Assembly (NCBI RefSeq): GCF_000195975.1
Contig: NC_005070.1
Span: 2,280,001-2,312,000, forward strand
Direction of reading: 5' to 3'
Length of the DNA stretch: 32,000 nt
Origin: Parasynechococcus marenigrum WH 8102
Lineage (GTDB): Bacteria > Cyanobacteriota > Cyanobacteriia > PCC-6307 > Cyanobiaceae
Shown here piece by piece: positions 12,378 to 21,706 of this stretch; position 1 is the stretch's first letter, and every line of letters starts with the position of its first letter. Under the pieces are notes generated by a model. It had not been told where the DNA came from. It saw only the letters and a list, made by a program, of their open reading frames with translations, and searched no databases. A program made the position numbers and the translations under genes.

Positions 12378-12973
12378 GCTCATCCACTCCTCTGCTTCCC
12401 TCCCCCCATCAACTCTGGCAAGCCCCCACCGAGGCGGTGCTCAGTGGTGAAGGGCCGCGCCAGCTACCGGGAGCCTGGCGGCTGATGCTGCTGGGGGACG
12501 GCAGCCCCACCCGCCACCTGCGGCTGCTTACCGGTGAACCGGTGGCCGTGGACCTGATCGCCATGGAACCGGAAGCCAGTCTGCCCGCGGAAGCACCGGC
12601 GGAAGTGGCCGAACTGCAGGCACCACTACTGCGGCGTCAGGTGTGGCTCACCTGCGGCGGCCTGCCCCTGGCATGGGCCGAGAGCTGGTGGAACCAGGCG
12701 GAGGCAGATCTACATCTGCAAGATCGCAATCTGCCGATCTGGAAAAGCCTGACCCAGGGCCGCTCTGAGCTGTTCCGTGAAGTCGATGGTCTGGCGCTGG
12801 TGCAGGCGGATTGGCTGGAGCACACCTTCGGCCACCGCGGTCCGTTCTGGAGTCGTCACTACCGCTTTTTCCGCGGCGGCACCGCACTCACTGTGATCCG
12901 AGAGGTGTTCAGCCCGCAGCTGGAAACCTGGCTGGGACCTACCTTGCGCCAGGAGCTTCAGCAAAGTTCATGA
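12290..12973 (+). CDS. Chorismate lyase-like (UbiC/DUF564) protein; start uncertain
   Basis: Motif WRLMLLGDGSPTRHLRLLTGEPV…RRQVWL is typical of cyanobacterial chorismate-pyruvate-lyase-like proteins. ATG 12290 overlaps the upstream gene by 88 nt. The only other canonical in-frame start is GTG 12437. Confidence 0.65.
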   Translation: MAAGRDHQQWNGDQSAGPAAHPVRRRAVLSSSTPLLPSPHQLWQAPTEAVLSGEGPRQLPGAWRLMLLGDGSPTRHLRLLTGEPVAVDLIAMEPEASLPAEAPAEVAELQAPLLRRQVWLTCGGLPLAWAESWWNQAEADLHLQDRNLPIWKSLTQGRSELFREVDGLALVQADWLEHTFGHRGPFWSRHYRFFRGGTALTVIREVFSPQLETWLGPTLRQELQQSS

Positions 12974-13063
12974 ACAATCCTGCAAGTTTGTTGGGATTTG
13001 CTCTTGACAACTTGCCTTTATATGTGCTGCGAGGAACATGTGGACACATCGGTTCACCGTGTC

Positions 13064-13516
13064 ATGGCTGCCCTCAACCCCTTGCTCAGCCTTACCGACC
13101 TCGGTCGGATCTACGGCATTTCAGCGATCCACTGCGGTCGCATCCTTGAGCAGCAAGGTTGGCGTGATCGTCGCGGTCGCCCTACACCAGCTGCCCTTGA
13201 GGCCGAAGCGGCCAGCTGTGCCGGCACCCATGGCCAGGGCCGCACGGTGTTCTGGAGCCGTGCAATCTGCTCGGAGCTGCTGGAAAGCAAGGGCTATGCG
13301 CCGATGAGCCGCAACGTTCAGATCGAACAATGGACCCAGCTGCTGGAGGCGTTGCAGCTGGGCTCCCCGTCCATTTCCGCCACCCCGGACCAGATGGCCG
13401 AGGAGATGCCTAAAGAACTGGTGGAAGACGTGAACCAGCAGTTGGCGGTTCGCGGCTGCAGCTATCGCGTCAGCCGCCACCAGCGTCAGGCCAGTCGCAG
13501 CGCCTCCGCCTGCTGA
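13064..13516 (+). CDS. Hypothetical protein (150 aa), N-terminal HTH-like segment
   Basis: ATG 13064 (MAALNPLLSLTDLGRIYGISAIHCGRILEQQGW…). The track ORF start at 12998 adds a Cys-rich implausible leader. No family recognised. Confidence 0.5.
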   Translation: MAALNPLLSLTDLGRIYGISAIHCGRILEQQGWRDRRGRPTPAALEAEAASCAGTHGQGRTVFWSRAICSELLESKGYAPMSRNVQIEQWTQLLEALQLGSPSISATPDQMAEEMPKELVEDVNQQLAVRGCSYRVSRHQRQASRSASAC

Positions 13517-13523
13517 TCTGCCG

Positions 13524-13967
13524 TCAGGCGCGGCGACGACTTGAACGGGGCAACGACCGCCTTGGGGCTGGAGGTTGAGAGTCAACAGCGGGAGTTGCCG
13601 TGCTGCGAGACCGTTGCCAGCGGTCCACCCGGAAGCTGTCGTCCTCCGGCCAGTCATCCACGGAGCCTGGGTCAGGAGAGGTCATCGCAGGAACCGACGG
13701 CGCAGGTGTGACCTGACGGCCCCGACGGGAAATGGCCTCGAGGGGTCGTTTACCGCTGCGCAGCGGGCGATCCGTGTCCTGCCAGGGCTCCCGCCAGGCG
13801 TCGTCCTCCTCCAACAACCACTCGACCTTGTCGCCAACCCAACGGCCGACGGAATCCAGATCAAAACTGCTGCGGCGTTGGCCGGGACGACGTCCCGACA
13901 CGCCATCGACAAACTGACGGCCGGTCTCAATCCAGGTGTCCAGGCGACGATCTCTGCGGTCTTCCAT
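13524..13967 (-). CDS. Hypothetical Arg/Asp/Trp-rich protein (147 aa)
   Basis: This ORF packs exactly between its neighbours, 7 nt from the convergent gene end. Its composition is more protein-like than the competing overlapping frames. Confidence 0.5.
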   Translation of the reverse strand: MEDRRDRRLDTWIETGRQFVDGVSGRRPGQRRSSFDLDSVGRWVGDKVEWLLEEDDAWREPWQDTDRPLRSGKRPLEAISRRGRQVTPAPSVPAMTSPDPGSVDDWPEDDSFRVDRWQRSRSTATPAVDSQPPAPRRSLPRSSRRRA

Positions 13968-13976
13968 GATCTGACG

Positions 13977-14072
13977 TTACCGACGCCGACGGCGCAACCA
14001 ACGCTCCCGTCGCAGCCCGATCAGGGCAATCGTGACGCCACCCAATTCCAGAGACAACAGAAACACCTCCAT
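13977..14072 (-). CDS. Unlisted 31-aa ORF: single hydrophobic helix plus poly-Arg tail (MEVFLLSLELGGVTIALIGLRRERWLRRRRR)
   Basis: Hand-translated. Its ATG (14072-14070) starts 1 nt after the SprT-like stop (14076-14074). Its TAA (13979-13977) lies 9 nt before the next ATG (13967). It is below the 60-aa cut-off of the track. Confidence 0.3.
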   Translation of the reverse strand: MEVFLLSLELGGVTIALIGLRRERWLRRRRR

Positions 14073-14073
14073 C

Positions 14074-14613
14074 TCAGACCGCCGATTCGAACTGCAGCAC
14101 GCAGCTCCGATGCCAGCGCCCAGCGTGATGCTGATCACAGCACTTGCGGCAGGCGGCGTTGCTGATGCGACGGCGGTAGGGATAACGGCTGCCGCAGCTG
14201 GGGCAGACCGCCCACCAGCGGAGTGGCCGCACCGGGACGGGATAGCGATGGCGCACGCTCACCTGAAACCGATCCTGGGCAGCATTAATCGCCTCCATGC
14301 GGGCGCGGAAGCGTGGCCCATGGCTCTCCCGTGTGCGCAGCACCAGATCGACCCAGGCATGGATCATCTCGTGGCACAGCGTGCTTTCGGTGGCCTCCTG
14401 GGGCAGGGGTTCCAGCAGCGGCCTGGACAGCACAATTTCACTGCCCCGGCTAGCCCCGATTCCAGGACCACGACGATAGAAACCGGCGGTGCGGCTCATC
14501 CGACCATCACTCCAACGCACGCAACTCAACGGTTGGCCATTAACAGCCAACGTGCCATCGAAATGCTCCCTGTTGAGGCGATGAAAGATCGGCAGCAACG
14601 GCAGCAACGGCAC
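14074..14613 (-). CDS. SprT-like zinc metalloprotease-domain protein with C-terminal zinc ribbon
   Basis: HExxH motif (LCHEMIHAW) in an SprT-like context (FDGTL…RTAGFY). C-terminal CPSCG…CRKCC cysteine cluster. Confidence 0.8.
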   Translation of the reverse strand: MPLLPLLPIFHRLNREHFDGTLAVNGQPLSCVRWSDGRMSRTAGFYRRGPGIGASRGSEIVLSRPLLEPLPQEATESTLCHEMIHAWVDLVLRTRESHGPRFRARMEAINAAQDRFQVSVRHRYPVPVRPLRWWAVCPSCGSRYPYRRRISNAACRKCCDQHHAGRWHRSCVLQFESAV

Positions 14614-14687
14614 GATCGGGTGGGTTGCAGCGGTGCAGCATCATCCTGCCGCGGTCAGTCAGACTCGTCGCTGTTTGAAGGCAGGCG

Positions 14688-17137
<2,450 letters not shown>

Positions 17138-17139
<2 letters not shown>

Positions 17140-17163
17140 AAAACCCCTCGCTGACGCGAGGGG
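17138..17163 (-). terminator. Intrinsic terminator of the RTX-nucleotidase gene; the hairpin also abuts the ligA stop
   Basis: Minus-strand RNA reads CCCCUCGC-GUCA-GCGAGGGG followed by U6. On the plus strand this is A6 at 17138-17143, the stem arms at 17144-17151 and 17156-17163. It lies 40 nt downstream of the stop at 17203. Confidence 0.7.
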
Positions 17164-17202
17164 CAATGATTGGTTGATCCTCGGAGGTGGTCAATCCTGA
17201 AT

Positions 17203-19455
17203 TCAGATCGCCTCTGTGATCTGGATGGAATTCTGAAGATCGATCAGTTGATCGGCCTTGATTCCTTTGAAGATGATCTCTCCAAGATCATGCTCAACCC
17301 TGAGGTTCTTATTCGGATTAGCCGATTGAACGATCTCAAAATTAATCGAAGAATCAATCGCCACAACATCTCCTTGATCAAAGCTGAATCCATTGATCCT
17401 GTCTGTTCCTGCAGAACCCACATACACATCGGATCCACCAAATCCCTTCAGCACATCATCACCTGATCCACCATCAAGGAGATCATCACCCTTACGTCCC
17501 TTAAGGCTGTCATCACCTTCCTTGCCATACAGACTATTTCCACCAAGCCTTCTCTTACCCTTCAACTCATCGTCACCAGAAGTACCAATCAGCTCATCCG
17601 AAGGATTGATTAGATCGTCGAGCTGGGGTCGAATGAGATCAGTACGCGGGGATGCAATGACATCGGCATCGCTGATATCAACAGCACCAGCAAGCTCCTC
17701 GCTGATGTAGGTCGCAAGAATCTCTTGCTCGCCGATCACAGTTTCAATCTTGTTCTCAAGAGGAACGAAGGCCTGGTAACCATCTCCACCACCAGCCTGG
17801 TAATTGTTGGTCGCCAAGGTAAAAGTTTCCTCCAATGCATCGGCATTAACGAAGAAGTCACTCACCAACTCAACGGTCGATCCGTCGTCGCGATTCACCG
17901 TCAGATTCTGAACACGGCTGGCCTCAGTCAAGGACAAGGCCTCTTCAATTCCGGGGCGGTAGGTGACGAAGTCCAATTCGGCGCCGGCGAAATGGGGGAA
18001 GCGGCCATCGAGAGCTGGAGCCCGGCTCACACCGTTTTCGACAATGGCCAGGAACTCAGCACCCGTGAGATCCATGATCGTCAACTTGTTATCGAACGCC
18101 AGAGCAGCATTCACTTGCAACTGAGTGATCGGTGAAAGGCCGGCAATGGTGTCGCGGATGCCACCACCATTTTTGAGTGCGATATCGGCACGCTTGGTTT
18201 CACCAATCTCCTCGAGATACTGATTGGCGTACCAAAGAGTGGAGTCAGCGGCCAAGCGACCCAGGTTAGTTTCACGACTGCGGATATCGGCGCGAACACC
18301 ATTGAGGCTGTCGGTGGTGGTGCCGACTTCCGCAAAGGCTGCATTCAATTCATCAGTAGCCAACAACGCTTCATAGGTGCTCACCACAACGGGATCAGCA
18401 ACAGCGTCACCGGAAGTCCATGCACGCAGGGCAGCCACACCCTCGTCATTAGTGGGCACAGGGCCGCTGTTATCGGCGTCGTAGCTGGTGATCTCGCCGT
18501 TGTCGTCAAAGTGCACCAACAAATGGCCCACATAGCGCCAGATCTGTTCAGTGTTGGTGATCAAAACTGTCTTACCCGCGGAATCTTTCGACTCCAGAGG
18601 GTAATTGTGAGTGATCGGATTACCCGCTTCTTCGGTACGCAGCAGGTTGAAAGGACCGCTAGGGGTCTCAGCGGACATGTAGCCAGTCATGCCGGCCTGG
18701 ATGATCACATCAACACCATCCAATTCCGCAGGAAGAACAGACTGATCGGTGTAATCCTGAGCGTGATCAATGAAGATAATCTTGTTGATACCTTGGTTGG
18801 TCAGGCGATCGATTTCAGCCTGAATCAGAGGAAGGGGCTCAAGCACTGGCTCGCGAGCCGTTCCCTCCCCGCTGGTGCCACCGACGTAGTCAAGACCAGG
18901 CAGGTTGCCATCGGCGACCAGGGAGAACATCTCGCTGGGTGAACGGCCGATCAAACCGATCTGCTCACCGTCGATCTCCACATAGGCAGAAGGTGCAATC
19001 TTGCCGGCCAGCTCTTCAACGCTTTGAGCAGGCTCATCGGCGGCGTAGCTCACAAAAGGAGCGGCATTGCCATCGGTATCAACAACCGAGCTGAAATCGA
19101 GATTGGCGGAAAGGTGGACATAGTCCGAAGCGTTCACCATATCGATGAACTCACCGATATTTCCATCCATTTCGTGGTTGCCAATGCCATTGGCCTTTAC
19201 GCCCATGGCATTGAAGATTTTGATATCCGCTAAACCAGGCTTGCCTTCTGTCGTTTCTCCAGCTGAATAAAAGAGGTTGGGGAGGGTGTGGTCTCCAGCG
19301 GTGACATGAAGACTGGCCCATCCCTGTGCCGCAGCTTCGTCCTGCAGGCCATCGGTGATGGCCGCATAATTAACAACCTTGTCTTCAAGAGTATTGACGT
19401 CCTTAAAATTGGATTCGTTGTCAGAGCTGTGGATCAGCTGAAGCTTGAAAGACAT
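17203..19455 (-). CDS. Secreted bifunctional metallophosphatase/5'-nucleotidase-like protein with C-terminal RTX calcium-binding repeats
   Basis: Metallophosphatase motifs (TAGDH…, GIGNHEMD) and a 5'-nucleotidase C-terminal-domain-like region. Five consecutive GGxGxD nonapeptides are followed by a 59-aa tail. There is no N-terminal signal peptide. Confidence 0.9.
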   Translation of the reverse strand: MSFKLQLIHSSDNESNFKDVNTLEDKVVNYAAITDGLQDEAAAQGWASLHVTAGDHTLPNLFYSAGETTEGKPGLADIKIFNAMGVKANGIGNHEMDGNIGEFIDMVNASDYVHLSANLDFSSVVDTDGNAAPFVSYAADEPAQSVEELAGKIAPSAYVEIDGEQIGLIGRSPSEMFSLVADGNLPGLDYVGGTSGEGTAREPVLEPLPLIQAEIDRLTNQGINKIIFIDHAQDYTDQSVLPAELDGVDVIIQAGMTGYMSAETPSGPFNLLRTEEAGNPITHNYPLESKDSAGKTVLITNTEQIWRYVGHLLVHFDDNGEITSYDADNSGPVPTNDEGVAALRAWTSGDAVADPVVVSTYEALLATDELNAAFAEVGTTTDSLNGVRADIRSRETNLGRLAADSTLWYANQYLEEIGETKRADIALKNGGGIRDTIAGLSPITQLQVNAALAFDNKLTIMDLTGAEFLAIVENGVSRAPALDGRFPHFAGAELDFVTYRPGIEEALSLTEASRVQNLTVNRDDGSTVELVSDFFVNADALEETFTLATNNYQAGGGDGYQAFVPLENKIETVIGEQEILATYISEELAGAVDISDADVIASPRTDLIRPQLDDLINPSDELIGTSGDDELKGKRRLGGNSLYGKEGDDSLKGRKGDDLLDGGSGDDVLKGFGGSDVYVGSAGTDRINGFSFDQGDVVAIDSSINFEIVQSANPNKNLRVEHDLGEIIFKGIKADQLIDLQNSIQITEAI
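17383..17586 (-). repeat. RTX (GGxGxDxUx) nonapeptide repeat block inside the nucleotidase gene
   Basis: The repeats read GKEGDDSLK / GRKGDDLLD / GGSGDDVLK / GFGGSDVYV / GSAGTDRIN, preceded by GTSGDDELKG. This covers about aa 624-691 of 750. Confidence 0.8.
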
Positions 19456-19649
19456 GTGCCGAAAGTTTCTTCATAAATAATAATTCCAACGACCCTTGTC
19501 ATCATCAACAAAGTGTCTTACGGGCTACGCATCACGGTTTTACAGGATACAGATTTATCTTAAACAATATCCTCATTTGAAAAACCATAACGATTCAGAC
19601 AGATTTTTCCTGGATCAATAAAGTTAATCAATTACGAAAGCTACTAAAC

Positions 19650-19675
19650 AAAAAACCCCTCGCCAAAGCGAGGGG
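19650..19675 (-). terminator. Intrinsic terminator of the choice-of-anchor-I-like gene
   Basis: Minus-strand RNA reads CCCCUCGC-UUUG-GCGAGGGG followed by U6. It lies 25 nt downstream of the stop at 19701. The 8-bp stem is identical to the terminator at 17144-17163. Confidence 0.7.
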
Positions 19676-19700
19676 TCAAGGAAGTGCAACCTAAAATCGA

Positions 19701-21431
19701 TCAAGCAAGATCAGCCTGACTGATTGCGTAGGTGTCAAGAGTGCGAGACACCTCGTTGGTTACAAACATGTGGCCGCTAGTATTGGTGTCATTAACAAAT
19801 AGCAGACCCTCAGGTGAAAGGGACTCAGGCGATTGCAGAGTCGCTACGTGCTTGACGCGTTCATCATTGTCAGCAGCCTCGAGATCAACAACCTCAAAGA
19901 TAGGAACAATTGTTCCGAGTCGATCCTCATCACCATTATTAAAACAACGCTCAAGAGCTACAGCGATGTAATGACGTTTGTTCTTCTTCTTGCCGAAGGA
20001 GAAATATTCAACCGTCTCAGGTTCCGTACCCTTGTCATCACTTCGATTATCGGGATAGTAGCCGAGTTCAGCAGCTATTTCTTCAGTCAGGTTACCGGAA
20101 TCGTAAATAACGCTTCCGTCATTGGCATGAATCGAGAAGCCGCGGCCACCAAAACCTACAAGACCACCAGTTACAGGATCATTCTGATCAGCTAGGGTCT
20201 TCATACGACCTTCACCGATGATCTGAGAATCATACTTACTTACATCACCAAAGTCTTCTAAATCTTTGGCACGAACTTCATCAGACCAGAACTCATCGTC
20301 CGAACTAACGCCATATTTCTGAGTGATGAAGAATTCATCACCTTCTTCTACATCTTCAATATCACCGGAATTGCCAACACCTGCTTTATCGTAGATGTAG
20401 ATCTCGTCAGTCAATGTTAGGGGATCGGTGAATGATTCAATCTCTGCCCCTGTGGAATTGGTACCCCAGGAATAAACGCCATCAGCAGGTGCTTCAAAAT
20501 TGACATCGTCGGGGCGAACACGGCCATCACCCTCGTTGGGAGAGATGAACAAGATTTGCTTTTTCCCGCCAAGCTTGATTTGGAAAGTATCGATGCCATC
20601 AGGCATACGGGCACTTGTCACACCTTCCTTAACAGTAGGGTTATATCCATCATCCTTGTCGGTGGTATCGAAGGGAATACCTGACCAATCCTTGTAGCCA
20701 AGACCGAAGACACCAGTGATTTTCTCTTTTTTCAAGTTAACGCGAGCAAGAGCATTATTTTCCTGGAGCGCAACAAGTGCTGTGTTGTTACCCGTAATAC
20801 CGACGTACTCGGGCTCAATATCGTATTCGCCGAATTTGCTATTACTGTCCATTTCGGGGCCGTAAAGTCGGACACCTCGTTTTTCGTAGTATTTGTTGGA
20901 CTTCGTGAAGTAAAGGGTGTTGACCTTTGATTTAGTAAGATCGTTTGCAATATTAATTATAGAGATACTTCCCCGAGGATTCTGAGAGGTCTCATCGGAG
21001 CCGTAGAACATCAGTGGCTCGCCTTCATTAGCAGTCACCAGCTTTTTACCATTCTTGGTAAAAGCCAACTGGTCAGGCTGATATCCAACTTCCACCGAAC
21101 CCAAGGATGTGAAACCAGATTCCTTGGTAAAATCTAAAAATTGAACAGTCCCTTCTCTAGTAACTTTATCGAACACAGAGGCTGCGATCAATCCTTGTGA
21201 GCTGACGCGAACGTCAGAGACATCACCTTCGAAGTAATACTCGTCGATAGCTGTGCCTTTGCCGTAACCATTTGAGTAGTCAATAGCGACGACCTGGCCA
21301 CCCTTGTCATCGGTGTACTCACCTGTGATGACAAACGCTGTTTTGGTTGGTGCATACCAATCAACCTTTTCAGCACCGCCCGGCGAGACAGACTGGAGAG
21401 GGCTGATGATGGAATCGCTGATCCTTGCCAC
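19701..21431 (-). CDS. Choice-of-anchor-I-like beta-propeller protein (putative alkaline phosphatase/phosphoesterase)
   Basis: Family-like motifs: YQPDQLAFTKNGKKLVTANEGEP, EPEYVGITGNNTALVALQENNA, ARMPDGID…SPNEGDGR. It has a GTG start at 21431-21429, with an in-frame stop 17 codons upstream. No signal peptide. Confidence 0.85.
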   Translation of the reverse strand: MARISDSIISPLQSVSPGGAEKVDWYAPTKTAFVITGEYTDDKGGQVVAIDYSNGYGKGTAIDEYYFEGDVSDVRVSSQGLIAASVFDKVTREGTVQFLDFTKESGFTSLGSVEVGYQPDQLAFTKNGKKLVTANEGEPLMFYGSDETSQNPRGSISIINIANDLTKSKVNTLYFTKSNKYYEKRGVRLYGPEMDSNSKFGEYDIEPEYVGITGNNTALVALQENNALARVNLKKEKITGVFGLGYKDWSGIPFDTTDKDDGYNPTVKEGVTSARMPDGIDTFQIKLGGKKQILFISPNEGDGRVRPDDVNFEAPADGVYSWGTNSTGAEIESFTDPLTLTDEIYIYDKAGVGNSGDIEDVEEGDEFFITQKYGVSSDDEFWSDEVRAKDLEDFGDVSKYDSQIIGEGRMKTLADQNDPVTGGLVGFGGRGFSIHANDGSVIYDSGNLTEEIAAELGYYPDNRSDDKGTEPETVEYFSFGKKKNKRHYIAVALERCFNNGDEDRLGTIVPIFEVVDLEAADNDERVKHVATLQSPESLSPEGLLFVNDTNTSGHMFVTNEVSRTLDTYAISQADLA

Positions 21432-21468
21432 GGCACAGAAGGAGAACCAATCGGAAATTGGCAGCGTT

Positions 21469-21509
21469 GAATAAAGAACAAGTTAGGAATAGTTTAAGAT
21501 CTGATCAAA
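21469..21509 (-). promoter_or_regulatory. Pho-box-like array (PhoB/SphR-type) upstream of the 576-aa phosphatase gene
   Basis: The minus strand reads TTTGATCA-gat-CTTAAACT-att-CCTAACTT-gtt-CTTTATTC. These are 8-nt units on an 11-nt period resembling the cyanobacterial consensus PyTTAAPyPy(T/A) with 3-nt linkers. The array lies 38-78 nt upstream of the GTG start. Confidence 0.45.
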
Positions 21510-21706
21510 TTTCATTGTGGGACAAACTCATACTGTGGTAGTTCAAAAGGAAATTCCGTGGATTGGCTTCACCGCTGGATAAAAACTGACTGCGGACGTG
21601 CTAGGTTATCTTCCCTAAAAGCTCGAACAGGTGCCTCAGCACGACTACGCCTTATCTGGTTCGTGCTGATCGCCGCTATCCGCGACTGGCCCCTACCCAA
21701 TCCCGA

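Larger units (their letters stand above)
17165..21650. other. Low-GC genomic islet carrying two phosphoesterase genes
   Basis: Hand counts of 60-nt lines: 19501-19560 = 40%, 20401-20460 = 47%, 21481-21540 = 33%, versus 21661-21720 = 65% and similarly GC-rich lines in ligA. No integrase, tRNA or flanking direct repeat was seen. Confidence 0.6.

Noticed and set aside
13004-13024. Sigma70-like promoter TTGACA (13004-13009) with TATATG (13019-13024)
   Set aside because: The spacer between the hexamers is only 9 nt, far from the 16-18 nt needed. The TTGACA also lies in the loop/3' arm of the 7-bp inverted repeat (arms 12982-12988 and 13009-13015). That repeat more likely acts as a terminator-like hairpin after the UbiC-like gene.
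17170-20697. Plus-strand ORFs inside the islet (17170-17466, 17725-18135, 18511-18942, 19833-20195 and others)
   Set aside because: They are antisense to the two well-supported phosphoesterase genes. They are short (62-143 aa), have no motifs, and have no promoter or terminator context of their own.
17166-21568. Direct repeats (att-like) flanking the low-GC islet
   Set aside because: The only shared string is GATTGG(T/C)T at 17168-17175 and 21561-21568. That is too short to distinguish from chance, and no integrase or tRNA is present.
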